A stretch of DNA of 64,000 nt from Diplonema japonicum (lineage: Eukaryota > Protista > Euglenozoa: Diplonemea), in the NCBI GenBank assembly GCA_964019335.1, contig OZ025708.1, forward strand, positions 446,001-510,000, written 5' to 3'. The translations under genes were made by a program, and so were the position numbers. The notes under the pieces are model-generated. The model saw only the letters and a list, made by a program, of their open reading frames with translations. It did no database searches and had not been told where the DNA came from. Shown one piece after another: positions 28,601 to 40,600 of the stretch (positions within the stretch are counted from its first letter, which is position 1; every line of letters starts with the position of its first letter).

Positions 28601-31600
28601 GGGGCGCAGAAGACTCCCACCGGGACCGGGAGCGGGGGCAGGCTCTCCGGGGACAGGGCGGAGGTGGACGCAGACTTGGTTTGGCAGGAGACGAACTTCA
28701 TGGAGGGCGGGACCTACATCGCCGCAGCGCTCGACGTTTCGGCGGACATGTTCCAGGCCTCGCCGAGGGACGGGAGGAAGAGGGTGCTCCTGATTTTCAC
28801 AGACGGGCAAATTCAGGATGCGGACAAGCTGGTGGACGCGAGGAAGCGTTTGGAGCAGGAGGAGGTGATCACCTTCGGTATCGTGGTGAGGCGCTTCGAT
28901 GCACACACGCAAACGGACATCGATGCTGAGGCGACCCTGAAGCCGATCACCTCGGAGCCGCACGCGGAGCACTACTACAACCTCCTGCTGGACGAGATCT
29001 CTGACACCCTGGACGGGCTGTGCGACCCGAACAGCATGTGGGGGAAGTACGTTGTGGAGACGGCGCAAGCAGGGGTGCACAAGCCCTGTGGGAACTACAA
29101 TGAGAAGGAGGCCTGTAACGAAGACGTCGGATGCGCGTTCCGTGACGTCCTCGCGGCCTGTGTGGACACCCCGTGCATCAAGCACTGCTCGGAGGGCCTG
29201 TGTGCGAACGACACAGCGAACAAGTGTTTCTGGAAGGCCGACGAGAGCGTGTGCTACAAGGAAGAGGGGTGCTCCAAGTACAAGAACGATGGGGACTGCG
29301 GTGTGGACACGACCTGCGCCTGGAGGGAGGACAAGTGCGTGGACAAGCCGTGCGACTACCCTGACGAGAACAGCTGCACCGCCGACTCGACCTACGACTG
29401 CGAGTGGTCGTCGAAGGACGGCACCTGCACGGAGAAGCCGTGCCAGTACACGGAGGAGGCGGGCTGCAAGGGGGATGCGAAGTGCCTGTGGGACGTCGCG
29501 TGCATCGGGACGGGGATCCCCGCGATGTGCGTGCGCAAGCCTTGCGATCACCCGACGGCTGTGGAGTGCAGTTCCGACACCTCCCAGTGCGAGTGGAGTG
29601 GCACCGCCTGTGCGATGAAGACCTGCACGGCGTACGTGGATGAGAGGTGCTGCAATGCTAACGAGAAGGGGGAGGGCTGCCACTGGGACGTGAAGCAGTC
29701 TCCTGCAGTCTGCAGCGTCGACCCCTGCAGGGTGTACGGGAGCGAGAACGCGTGCAACAGCGAGAGGGCGTGCATGTGGGAGGGGACGAAGTGCGGGGAG
29801 AAGGACTGTAACAAGCTGACGGACAAGTGTGCTTGCGAGGCGGACCCGGACTGCTTCTACAGCACGGCTCCCGGTAAGCCGCACTGCACCTTCCAACGCT
29901 ACGGGACGTGCCCGACGCTTGACGTGGTGGTGCTTTTGGACGGAGGGGTATCGATGGAAAGGAAGTTTGGGCGCCACCCCCAGGGCTTCTACGCCCTCGT
30001 GGAGGTTGTGAGGGACTGGGCACAGACGCTCCCTTTGAGCGGAGAGGCGGCGGGAGCCGCGTCGGCGCAGAACTCGCAGGCTGTCCGCCTCGCCTTCGTG
30101 CAGTTTGCGGGGAGCGAGAGCTGGGCTCCGTCCGACAGCAGGCAGGCCCTCACAGCCACCGGGACCGGGACCAGCGAGGGGCGCCTCACCGGCTCCCTGT
30201 CGGAGGTAGAGGCGGACCTCACCTTCCAAGAGGCGAACTTCATGGGGGGCAGCCTCTTGACGCAACCCACCCCGCAGACCACCTACCTCCTCGCGGGCCT
30301 GCAGAAGGCCGTCAGCCTGTTCCGCACCTCGCCCGTAGATGGGAGGAAGCGGGTGCTGATCATCGTTACGGACGACGAGCTCGACGATGCAGACAAGCAC
30401 CAGACAGCGAGAGCGGAGCTGGACCAGGCGCAGGTGCAGGTCTTCGGAGTTGTGGTGCGCCCCTTCGACACGCACACCACCCTCGACGAGAAGGCGCAGC
30501 AGACCCTGCAACCCCTGGTGTCGGACCCCAAGACTGGCCACATAGTGAACGTGCAGGTGGACGAGATTGCGGCCTCGCTGAACGGACTGTGCGACCCGAA
30601 CGCGGCCTGGGGCAAGTATGTCGGGGTGGTTGCGGAGGGGAGGCAGCCCTGCCAGCTCCACTCACTGAAGGATCCTTGCAACAAGGATGCCGGCTGCGTG
30701 TGGTTCGATGCGACCCTGTCGTGCGCGGACTCCCCGTGCCTGGAGCACTGTGACGGCGCGGAGTGCGCAGCCGACACGGTGAACTTGTGCCAGTGGAACG
30801 GGACAGTAAACTCTTGCGGGAAGGAGGAGGTGTGCAGCTACCCAGAGCCCTCGGAGTGCGGTGTGAACACAGAGTGCGAGTGGAAGAACAACGTGTGCAT
30901 CGGGAAGGAGTGCAAGCACGACAACGAGCAGGGCTGCCTTGCGGACCCCGCTGTTTGTGTGTGGGACAACGTGAAACAGGACTGCAAGAAGAAGCCGTGC
31001 GTGTACGACAACATGGACAGCTGCAACCTGGATCTGGAGTGCTCGTGGAATGTGGATGCCGTGGAGTGTGAGGTTAAGAAATGCAACTACGGGAACCAGA
31101 CGGCGTGCGAGACGATGGAGCCCGGGATGTGCGTGTGGGAAACCAGCCCCGACAAGTGCGTGCCCGCCCCGTGCAAGCAGTACGGGAACGAGAAGCTCTG
31201 CATGGCGGACGACAGCTGCGAGTGGAGCACGGCGATCGCCCCGGGGACCTGCGAGGTGAAGTACTGCAGAAAATACTGCAACATGGAGACGAGCATCTGC
31301 AACGAGGACGAGTGCAACCAAGACCCCGCGTGTTTGACGGAACCCGCGACCAGCATCTGCAAGAAGAAGGAGTGCGGGATGCTGAGGGACCAGTGTGCGT
31401 GCCACAAGGAGCCCGACTGCTTCTGGCTCTCGGGGGAGAGGACCTGCGTGGACCAGAAGTACGGGACGTGCCCCACGTTGGACCTGGTGGTTGTGTTCGA
31501 CGGGTCGGCGTCGATGAGCCAGGTCTTCGGGCGCCACCCGCACGGCTTTTACGGGATGGTGGAGATGCTGAGGGCGTGGGTCGGGGGGCTACCCTTGAGC

Positions 31601-34600
31601 GGGGAAAAGGCGGGGGCCCCTGTGACCACGGGCCCCACCTCCAGGAAGATCCGTGTCGCCTTCGTGCAGTTCAGCGGCGTTGCCACAGCGCCCCTCACGA
31701 CGACCCCTATTGCCGGGTCAGCGATCAAGACCCCCGCCGGTGTAGGTGCAGCAGGGAGGCTGTCAGGCGACTTCGCGGAGCTCTCTGCGGACCTCGACTG
31801 GCACGAGGCCAACTACATGGAGAAGGGGACCTACGTGAACCTCGGTTTGCAGATGGCGGCCAGCATCCTGTCAAGCTCCCCAACCGACGGGAGGAGGAGG
31901 GCCGTCTACGTGATCACCGACGGGCAGCTCCAGGACCAGGCGTACTTGGAGGACGTGAAGGGAAAGCTCGACTCCGTCAGTGCCGAGGTGTTCGGGATCG
32001 TGGTGAGGAGGTTCGCGTCGCACACGAAGGTGGACACGGACGCGGAAGAGGCGCTGAAGCCGATTACCTCGTCCCCGCACGACAAGCACTTCGTGAACGT
32101 GGACATGGATGAACTCGCCTCGAGCAGCGGCCCGCTGACGCAGCTGTGCGACCCTGCGACGGATTTCGGTTCCTCGATCGCGATGGGGGTGGCCGGGGGG
32201 AAGCACCAGCCGTGCAACGCCTACGCCACGAAGAAGGACTGCATGAAGGACGTAGGGTGCGCGTGGAACCAGCTGTCGTGCGGGACATCGCCGTGCGTGA
32301 TGCACTGCAATGAGACGACCTGCAACCAGGACGTTGTTAACGAGTGCGTGAACGGGTGGGACTCCACAGACGAGACCTGCTACCGTGAAGCTGTCTGCGC
32401 GGGGTCTACCGTCACCACGTGCGTGGCGGAGACAGGCTGCCAGTGGAACGGGTCGACCTGCGAGGTGAAGCCCTGCTACCACACCTCAGAAGACGGGTGC
32501 ATTGCGGACACAGAGTATGTGTGTGAGTGGAAGCAATCGGAGTGCGGGGTGAAGCCGTGCGTGATGCACACGGATGCGTTAGCGTGCACAGGAGACACCA
32601 CTGGGTGCGTGTGGAACAGCAGCACCTCAAAGTGCACCCCTGTGAAGTGCACGCCGTACAACATTAAGGACGAGTGCAAGGCAGACGTGCTGTGCCAGTG
32701 GGAGGAGGTTGGCTCCAGGTGCGTGGTGAGGCCCTGCGTGGAGTACGCTGACGACCGCTCGTGCGACGCCGACAAGAAGTGTCACTGGGACACTACGGCG
32801 GCACCCGGGAGCTGCCAGCTGAAGCCGTGCGCGAGGTACGAGAACGAGACGACCTGCGGGCTCGACACGGGATGCAAGTGGGATGGAACGGAGCAGGTGT
32901 GCGTGAAGAAGACTTGCCACACAATCCCCGGGAAGTGCGAGTGCCAGCAAGATGCTGCCTGCTTCTGGTCGACCGCCGGGGGCCACGCGCGCTGCGAAGA
33001 ACAGGTGTTTGGGAAGTGCCCTACCCTTGACGCGGTTTTGGTGCTGGACGGGTCGGGATCGATGAGCCAGTCCTTTGGGCGCCACCCGCACGGCTTCTAC
33101 GCCATGATGGAGATGATCCGGGACTGGGTTAAGACCTTGCCCCTGAGCGGGGAGCTTTCTTCCGTGGGCCCGAGCTCCGCGGCGGCCACCGGCGGCGTAA
33201 GGCTCGGGCTGGTGCAGTTCAGCGGGGAGCCAAACTCCGTGAACCCTGCGACAGGCGGTGTCGTGAACTCGGCGCAGAGGACGCCGCCCGCTGTGGGCAG
33301 CGGCGGCCGCCTCAGCGGGGACCTCGCGCAACTCGAGTCAGACATCACGTGGCACGAGGACAACTACATGGCGCAGCTCACCTTCATCGAAGAGGGGCTG
33401 AACATGGCTGCCAACATGCTGACAAACGACTCTCCCCTCGACGGGCGTCGAAGGATAGTCATCATCATCACGGACGGGGTGCTGATGGACGGGGACCGCC
33501 TCACGACCGTGCGGGCGAAGCTGCAGCAGCTGCAGGTCATCACCTTCGGTATCGCTGTGAGGAGGTTCAACGCGCACAGCGCCGAGGACGATGCCGCCGA
33601 GGCTGCTTTGAAGCCGGTCGTTTCGGAGAAGGAGGACGACCACTTCATGAGCCTCACCATGGATGAGATTCCGGAGGAGGTGCTGAGTGGGTTGTGCGAC
33701 CCCAACAGCAAGTGGGGCAAGTTCGTGTCAGCTGCTGACGGTGGCTCTTCGGGGACCGGGAACGGCACCGTTCCCTGCGCGCAGCTGGATGGGAAGATCA
33801 CCTGCAACCGCAACACCGGTTGCGTGTGGTCGGACACAACCCTGAGCTGCGGTGCGACGCCCTGCTACGACCACTGCGACCAGGCGAGTTGTGATGGCGA
33901 CGTGGACAACCACTGCACGTTCGAGACGGCGACCCAGGGCTGCACGAAGAAGCCGCCTTGCAGCTACACCGCTGCACCCGAGTGCTCGAAGGACGCCGAG
34001 TGCATGTGGGAGAACGGCAACAACAAGTGCGTGGAGAAGCCGTGCCAGCATGAAGACGAGGAGCCGTGTCTCCTGGACACGGAGGGTTGCGTGTGGGACT
34101 CTGTTGAGAAGAAGTGTACACCCGAGCCGTGCCAGAGGCAGACCACGAAGGTGGGCTGCGACGACCTTGCTGACATCTGCGTCTGGGACACTGCTGGGCA
34201 GAACGGCGACGTTTGCAAGCCGAAGAGGTGCGTGTCTTGCCCTGCTGGGAACCAGACATGCTGCGAGTCCGCCGAGAACAAGATTTGGTGCGACTACACC
34301 GCCGGCAACACCTGCGTGGAGAAGCCGTGCGTGGGCTACGTGGATGAGCTCTCGTGTTCGTCGGCGACGGAGAGTCAGTGCGAGTGGGACCCGACCACCT
34401 CGCCTGGGATGTGCAAGGAGAAGTACTGCGCGAAATTCAACGAGACCACATGTGATTTAGAGCCTGCTTGCGCTTGGGACTTCGGGACGTGCGACACGAA
34501 GAGGTGTGAAGACGTTCACGAGCACTGCTCGTGCACAACGGACCCGAGCTGCTTCTGGCACGACGGGACATGCGTGGACGTGCACTACGGTGCGTGCCCC

Positions 34601-37600
34601 ACGATGGACATCGTGGTGCTTCTGGACGGATCGGGCTCGATGACGCAGTCCTTCGGGCGCCACCCGAATGGCTACTTCGCCCTCATCGAGATGCTGAAGG
34701 ACTGGGTGTACCTGCTGCCCCTCCCCGGTGACATTGGGGCTGCAGGTAAGGACCCTACGAAGTACGCCCCAGGGTCTGCGAGGGTTGCCATCGTGCAGTT
34801 CAGCGGTGACAAGAACCTGGCGGGCGCCAGCTCCGCGCTCGTGTCGACTGACGGAGCGAAGGGGAGGCTCTCTGGCTATGTTCCAGAATTGAGGCAAGAC
34901 CTGTCCTTCCAAGAGCACAACCACATGGCAAAGGACACCTTCTTAAACGAGGCCCTCGACATGGCTGCTGGTCTGTTCTCCGGCCCCCTCTACCCTGTAG
35001 ATGGGAGGAGAAGGATCGTGTTGGTGCTCTTGGGCAGCCCTGTGTTGGACGAAAGCATGCTCTCCGGTCCTCTGGGGAAGATTCAGGCGATCGGGGCGCA
35101 CCTGGTCGGGATTGTGGTGAGGAGGAGTGACTCGCACGCAACTCTAGACAACGACGCAGCGGCCTCGCTGGAGCCCATCGTGACGGAGCCGACGGAAGCC
35201 CACTTCAAGAACGTTGCCATTGACAACCTAAAGGAAGAAGTATTCGACAAGTGGTGCAACCCAAACACACCGTGGGGAAGCTGGCTGGTAGACCTCAAGG
35301 CCACTGACTCCCACCTTCCCTGTTCATTCCACAGTGGCTCTCCTGAGTGCAACCGCGATTCTGGGTGCGCCTGGGACGACGGGTTGGTGGCGTGCACGGT
35401 GACACCATGCCTGCAGTACTGCTCGAAGGCTCTGTGCGAGGACCTCTCGGACCCCGCATACCGTTGCCAGTTCAATGTGACCGGCGACTCGACTTGCACG
35501 AAGGAAAAGATCTGTGCCTACGCGGACGAGCAGGGGTGCATGGCAGACTACGAGTGCACGTGGACGATGAACAGGTGCGAGCCTACGCCCTGCCAGCACC
35601 ACACAGAGCCCGCATGCGTGTCGGACCTTGTTGGCTGTGAGTGGGCTGACGACAAGTGCACCGTGAAGAAGTGTTTGTACACCACGCCAGAGAACTGCAC
35701 CAACAGCGACGGAGAATGCGAGTGGGACCCCACAGCGTCGGTGTGCGGCCCCAAGACGTGCACGCACACAACGGAGAAGGAGTGCACGGATGACGTGAAG
35801 TGCGATTGGGAGAACCCAACGTGCAAAAAGAAGAAGTGTGTGGAGCACCTGGAAGAAGGGTCATGCATCTCAGAGGCCGGGTGCGAGTGGGAAGTAGACA
35901 CCTCGCCCGCCTACTGCAAGGAGACCTACTGCCACAGGTGGACCGCTGAGGCGAACTGCAACCTCGACGCTGCATGTGCCTGGGACGGCAGCATCTGTGT
36001 GCCTTCAACTTGCATGAGGAATAACGGGAAACCCTGCGATTGCGCGGCGGACCCCAGCTGCTTCTGGGTGGAGTCGAGGAAGTCGTGCGTGGAGGCGGCC
36101 TTCGGTGCTTGCCCACCACTCGACATTGTGGTCCTGTTCGATGGCACGGAGTCCATGGAAGGGGCCTTCGGGCGCCATCCCAACGGGTTTGACGCAGTGA
36201 TGGAGATGTTGAAGGACTGGGTGAAGAGCCTTCCCTTGAACGGGGATTCGTACATCGTGCCAAAGACCTCCGCAAGTACTGCGGGGATCAGGGTTGCTTT
36301 CGTACAGGTCGGCTCTAACGTGCAGCCGATGCTGGTGACAAGCCCGACGAACCCCGCGACACCCTCCGCAGCTGGTTTGTTGTCTGGAGACATGAACCAG
36401 CTCCTCGGCGACCTGGCCTTCCACTCGGCCAACATGCTTGGAGGGAACGGTCGCTACATGGAGAACGCGGTGAAACATGCGGAGACGGCACTCTCGAGCC
36501 AGAGCCCCACGACGAGGAAGCAAGTGGTGCTGATGCTTACCAGCGGGAAGGTGTCCGACGAGGACAAGCTGAAACTTGCGATGGCTACGCTTGACCCAAC
36601 CGTGCAGGTGTTTGGTGCGACTGTGCGCCGCCTCAGCACGAGGACCTCCGAGGACAACGCAGCTGCGGACCAGATGAAGACCCTGGTCTCTGTCACCCAC
36701 GCCGAGCACTTCTTAGACCTCGAGATCGACGAGCTCAACGAGAAGGTCTTCTCTGCTTTGTGTGACAGGACGAAGACCTTCGGGGCAGCCATGCTCAAGG
36801 ACTCGGTCCTTGTCTCGTCTGGCACCAACAACCAGCCGTGTTCCACATACTCGGTCGCAGGAAACTGCAGGGCCGACACCGGTTGTGTGTGGTCCGAGTC
36901 TTTGCTGCAGTGCACCGCGCATCCATGCAGATCGCACGGTTGCGACCAGACCGCCTGCACCACGGACACAGCGTGTGACTGGACCCAAGAGGGCTCGTGC
37001 TACAAGAAGCCCCCGACTTGCCCCAGCCAACAGACACAGCCTACTTGTGAGGCTGTGACGGAGAACGGCGGCTGCGCGTGGGTGATGGTGGATGTGAACG
37101 TCTACCGCTGCGTAGAGAAGCCTTGCGTGGGCCACCAAGCAGAGGACAGTTGCATCACCGACCCGAACGTGTGTGAGTGGAACTCGAAGACCTCTGAGTG
37201 CACGAAGAAGGAATGCACGTACCCCACGGAGCAAGAATGCACGAGTGCTCCAGAGGTCTGCGAGTGGTCCGTTGATCATTGCAAGAAGCAGAGGTGCACT
37301 GCTGTGGATGAAGCAGTATGCGTGACCGACGACGCGTGTGAATGGGACACCGTCTGCAAGTTTAAGAAGTGCAGGCAGTACGACGATGAACAGACGTGCG
37401 ACCACGATGACCAATGCCACTGGGACGTGAGTGAGTCACCTTCGAAGTGCGACGTGAAGGTGTGCTTGAGGTACACCTCTGAGGGGGCGTGCGAGACTGA
37501 CCCGGAGCTCCGCTGCAGCTGGGACGCGACGAACAACAAGTGTGCGAACAAGGACTGCTCTGAAATCACGACACCGTGTCCCTGCAACAAGGACCTGGGC

Positions 37601-40600
37601 TGTTACTGGGACACATCCTTCGATGTGAATGGTGGAGCTTGTGTGTCGGGTTCCTTTGGTGGCTGCCCCCTGATGGACGTGGTGGTGCTGGTGGACGGGA
37701 CGACCTCCATGAAGAGTGCCTTCGGGCGCCACGCCAGCGGCTATCAGGCGGTGATGGAGTTCCTCCGAGACTGGGCCAGAACGCTCCCCCTGTCTGGGGA
37801 CTCTGGGAAGGTCGCAGCGTCTGTGAAGGTGGACGGCGGTGTGCGCTTGGGGGTTGTGCAGTTTGCTGCCCAAGGTCGTGCGACGAAGACCGGCCCCACG
37901 GTGGGGAGCGGCGGTCACGTCACCGGCATGCTGTCCGAGCTTGAAGCGGATTTGGATTATCAAGAGGCAAAGATGATTGACACCAGCGACGCATACATTG
38001 CGGGGGCTCTGCAGTTGGCGCAGGCGATGTTCACAAGGCCTGAGAGGAAGAAGGTGCTCATTGTGATTTCTGACAGCATCGTCATGGATGCTGGGAGGGC
38101 TGAGGTGAACGCTGCTGTGAGCTCCCTGTTTGGCGCTGGTGTGAAGGTATTCGGTGTGCTGCTGCGCCCTGCTGCTGCCTTCCCCTCGACGGCAGGGGAC
38201 GCGAGGGACGCGATGCTCAACGTGCTGAGCGACGTGCGGGACGAGCACTTCTTGGACGCCCAGATCGAGGATTTGAAGACGATTCTGGACACCCTGTGTG
38301 ACCCCTCGAAGCAGTTCGGGCACCTGATTGCGTCGGCCGAGGGTGGTGCCGGTGCCCTGAAGCCGAAGCAGCCTTGCCCCATGTACTTCGAGAAGAACGT
38401 CTGCAACAAGGACGCGGCTTGCAGGTGGAGTGCTTCCCTCCTGGTGTGCTCCGACTCGGCGTGCGTCCGCCACTGCGATGAAGATGTCTGCAAGGCGGAC
38501 ACTTCGAACCTTTGCAAGTGGGATGCCACCGAGCAGATCTGCTTCAAGAAGCCCATCTGCGACCACCCGATCTCGGAGTGCGCGGCAGACCCCGGCTGCG
38601 AATGGAAGGCCGCGGACTCTGTGTGTGTGGAGAAGGAGTGCCAGCACCAAGCGGAATCCGGCTGTTTGAGCGACCCTGTGGGCTGCATCTGGGACAGCCA
38701 GACGGACCACTGTCTGCCGCGCCCGTGCATTTACACCGCTGAACAGGCTTGCAACCTGGACCCCACTTGTACGTGGGATGCGGCGATTGTTGGAACGCAG
38801 GCGTGGGCTCCGTGTGTGGAACAGCCTTGTACCACCACTAACCCCACAGAGTGTTTGAAGGACAGCAGGAGGTGCCAGTGGGAGGCGAACAAGTGCACGG
38901 TGAAGCCGTGCGTGCAGTACCTGGACGAGAAGACCTGCGACCACGACGAGGCCTGCCACTGGGATGTCAGCGAATCCCCGACGATCTGCAGCGAGAAGTA
39001 CTGCAGGAAGATGAAGTCGGAGGGGTTGTGCAACGACAACGCGAAGTGTGCTTGGAACAGCGGCGACAGCCTCTGCAAGGAGGTGGTGTGCTCAGACCTC
39101 GCAGACCAGTGCGCGTGCAACGAGAGAGAACTCTGCACGTGGGACAAGCAGAGCACCGTCTGCAAGAACGTGGACTTCGGTGGTTGCCCCTCGATGGACG
39201 TCGCCGTTGTGTTCGACGGGTCTGGTTCGATGAGCCAGTCCTTCGGGCGCCACCCGCACGGCTTCTACGCTATGATCGAGTCTCTGAGGGACTGGTTCAA
39301 AACCCTGCCCCTGACGAAGGAACCCGCCGGGACTTCGGCGCCGGCCCCGGGTGTGAGGGTCGGCCTCATCCAGTTCTCCGCCCCCAACGGCGCTCTGAAG
39401 ACGCCGCCTGGAACAGGCACGGGCGGCCGCTTCTCTGGGAACCTGGCAGAGCTGCAAGTGGACCTTGACTGGCACGAGGCCAACTACGCCATGCAGCAGA
39501 CCTACATCTCAGAAGCCTTGAGCTTTGCGGGGTTGATGTTCCAGTCGGCAGCTGCCAGCGGCAGGGCAAAGATCCTGCTCATCCTGACGGACGGAAAGAT
39601 CCACGACGCCTCGCAACTGAGCACGGCAAGGGCGGTGTTAGACGGGCAGGGCGTGCAGACCTTCGGTGTGGTGCTGAGGAGGTTCGACCAGCACACGCAG
39701 ACAGACATCGATGCGGAGGAGGTGCTCTCGACCATCGTGTCGGAGCCGAGGGAGGACCACTACATGAACATCCCGCTGGACGACTTCTCGGAAACGGTGC
39801 TGAAGGATTTCTGCGACCCGAACAGCAAGTTCGGGGAGATCATACTGGCCTACCAGGGGGCGACGGGGGCTGGACACGTGCCATGCGGTTCGCACAACGA
39901 GGCGGCGACCTGTTGGAAGGACGGGCAGTGCTTCTGGAGCGATGTTGAAGTGGCGTGCCAGTGGAGCTCGTGCCACAAGCACTGCTCGCAGGAGGTCTGC
40001 GAAGCGAGTAAGGACGAACAGGACAAGGCATGCGCGTGGACCGACGGCTGCGGGAGGACCGTTGAGTGCACGCAGACGACGGAGAATGCGTGCAAAACAG
40101 CAGAGTGCTTCTGGGACACAACGACGGACCCGACCTGTGTGGTGATGCCGTGCACGGCGACCTCGGAGGACGGCTGCGTGGCAGACCCCCACGGGTGCGA
40201 GTGGGACGACGTGACCCACGTCTGCAAGGTGAAGGAGTGCAACGACAAGACGCAAATGCCGTGCGACGCAAAGGCGATCTGTGAGTGGGACGGCGCGATC
40301 GACCAGTGCGTGGAGAAGCCGTGCGTGCCGTACACAACGCAGGCAGAGTGCGAGAAGCACTCGTTCGACTGCAAATGGGAAGGCGATGCCTGCAAGGTAG
40401 TAAACGGGTGTGTTGTCTACACGAACGAGAAAGAGTGCAACACGGACGCCAGCGGTGACTGTGAATGGAAGACTGCACACTCGCCTGCCCACTGTGGTGT
40501 GAAGGTGTGCAGGACATACGGAACGGAGGCAGACTGTGAAGCGGCGGACAAAGGAGCCGCGGATGGCTGTGCCTGGGACAAGACCAAGATGAAGTGCGAC

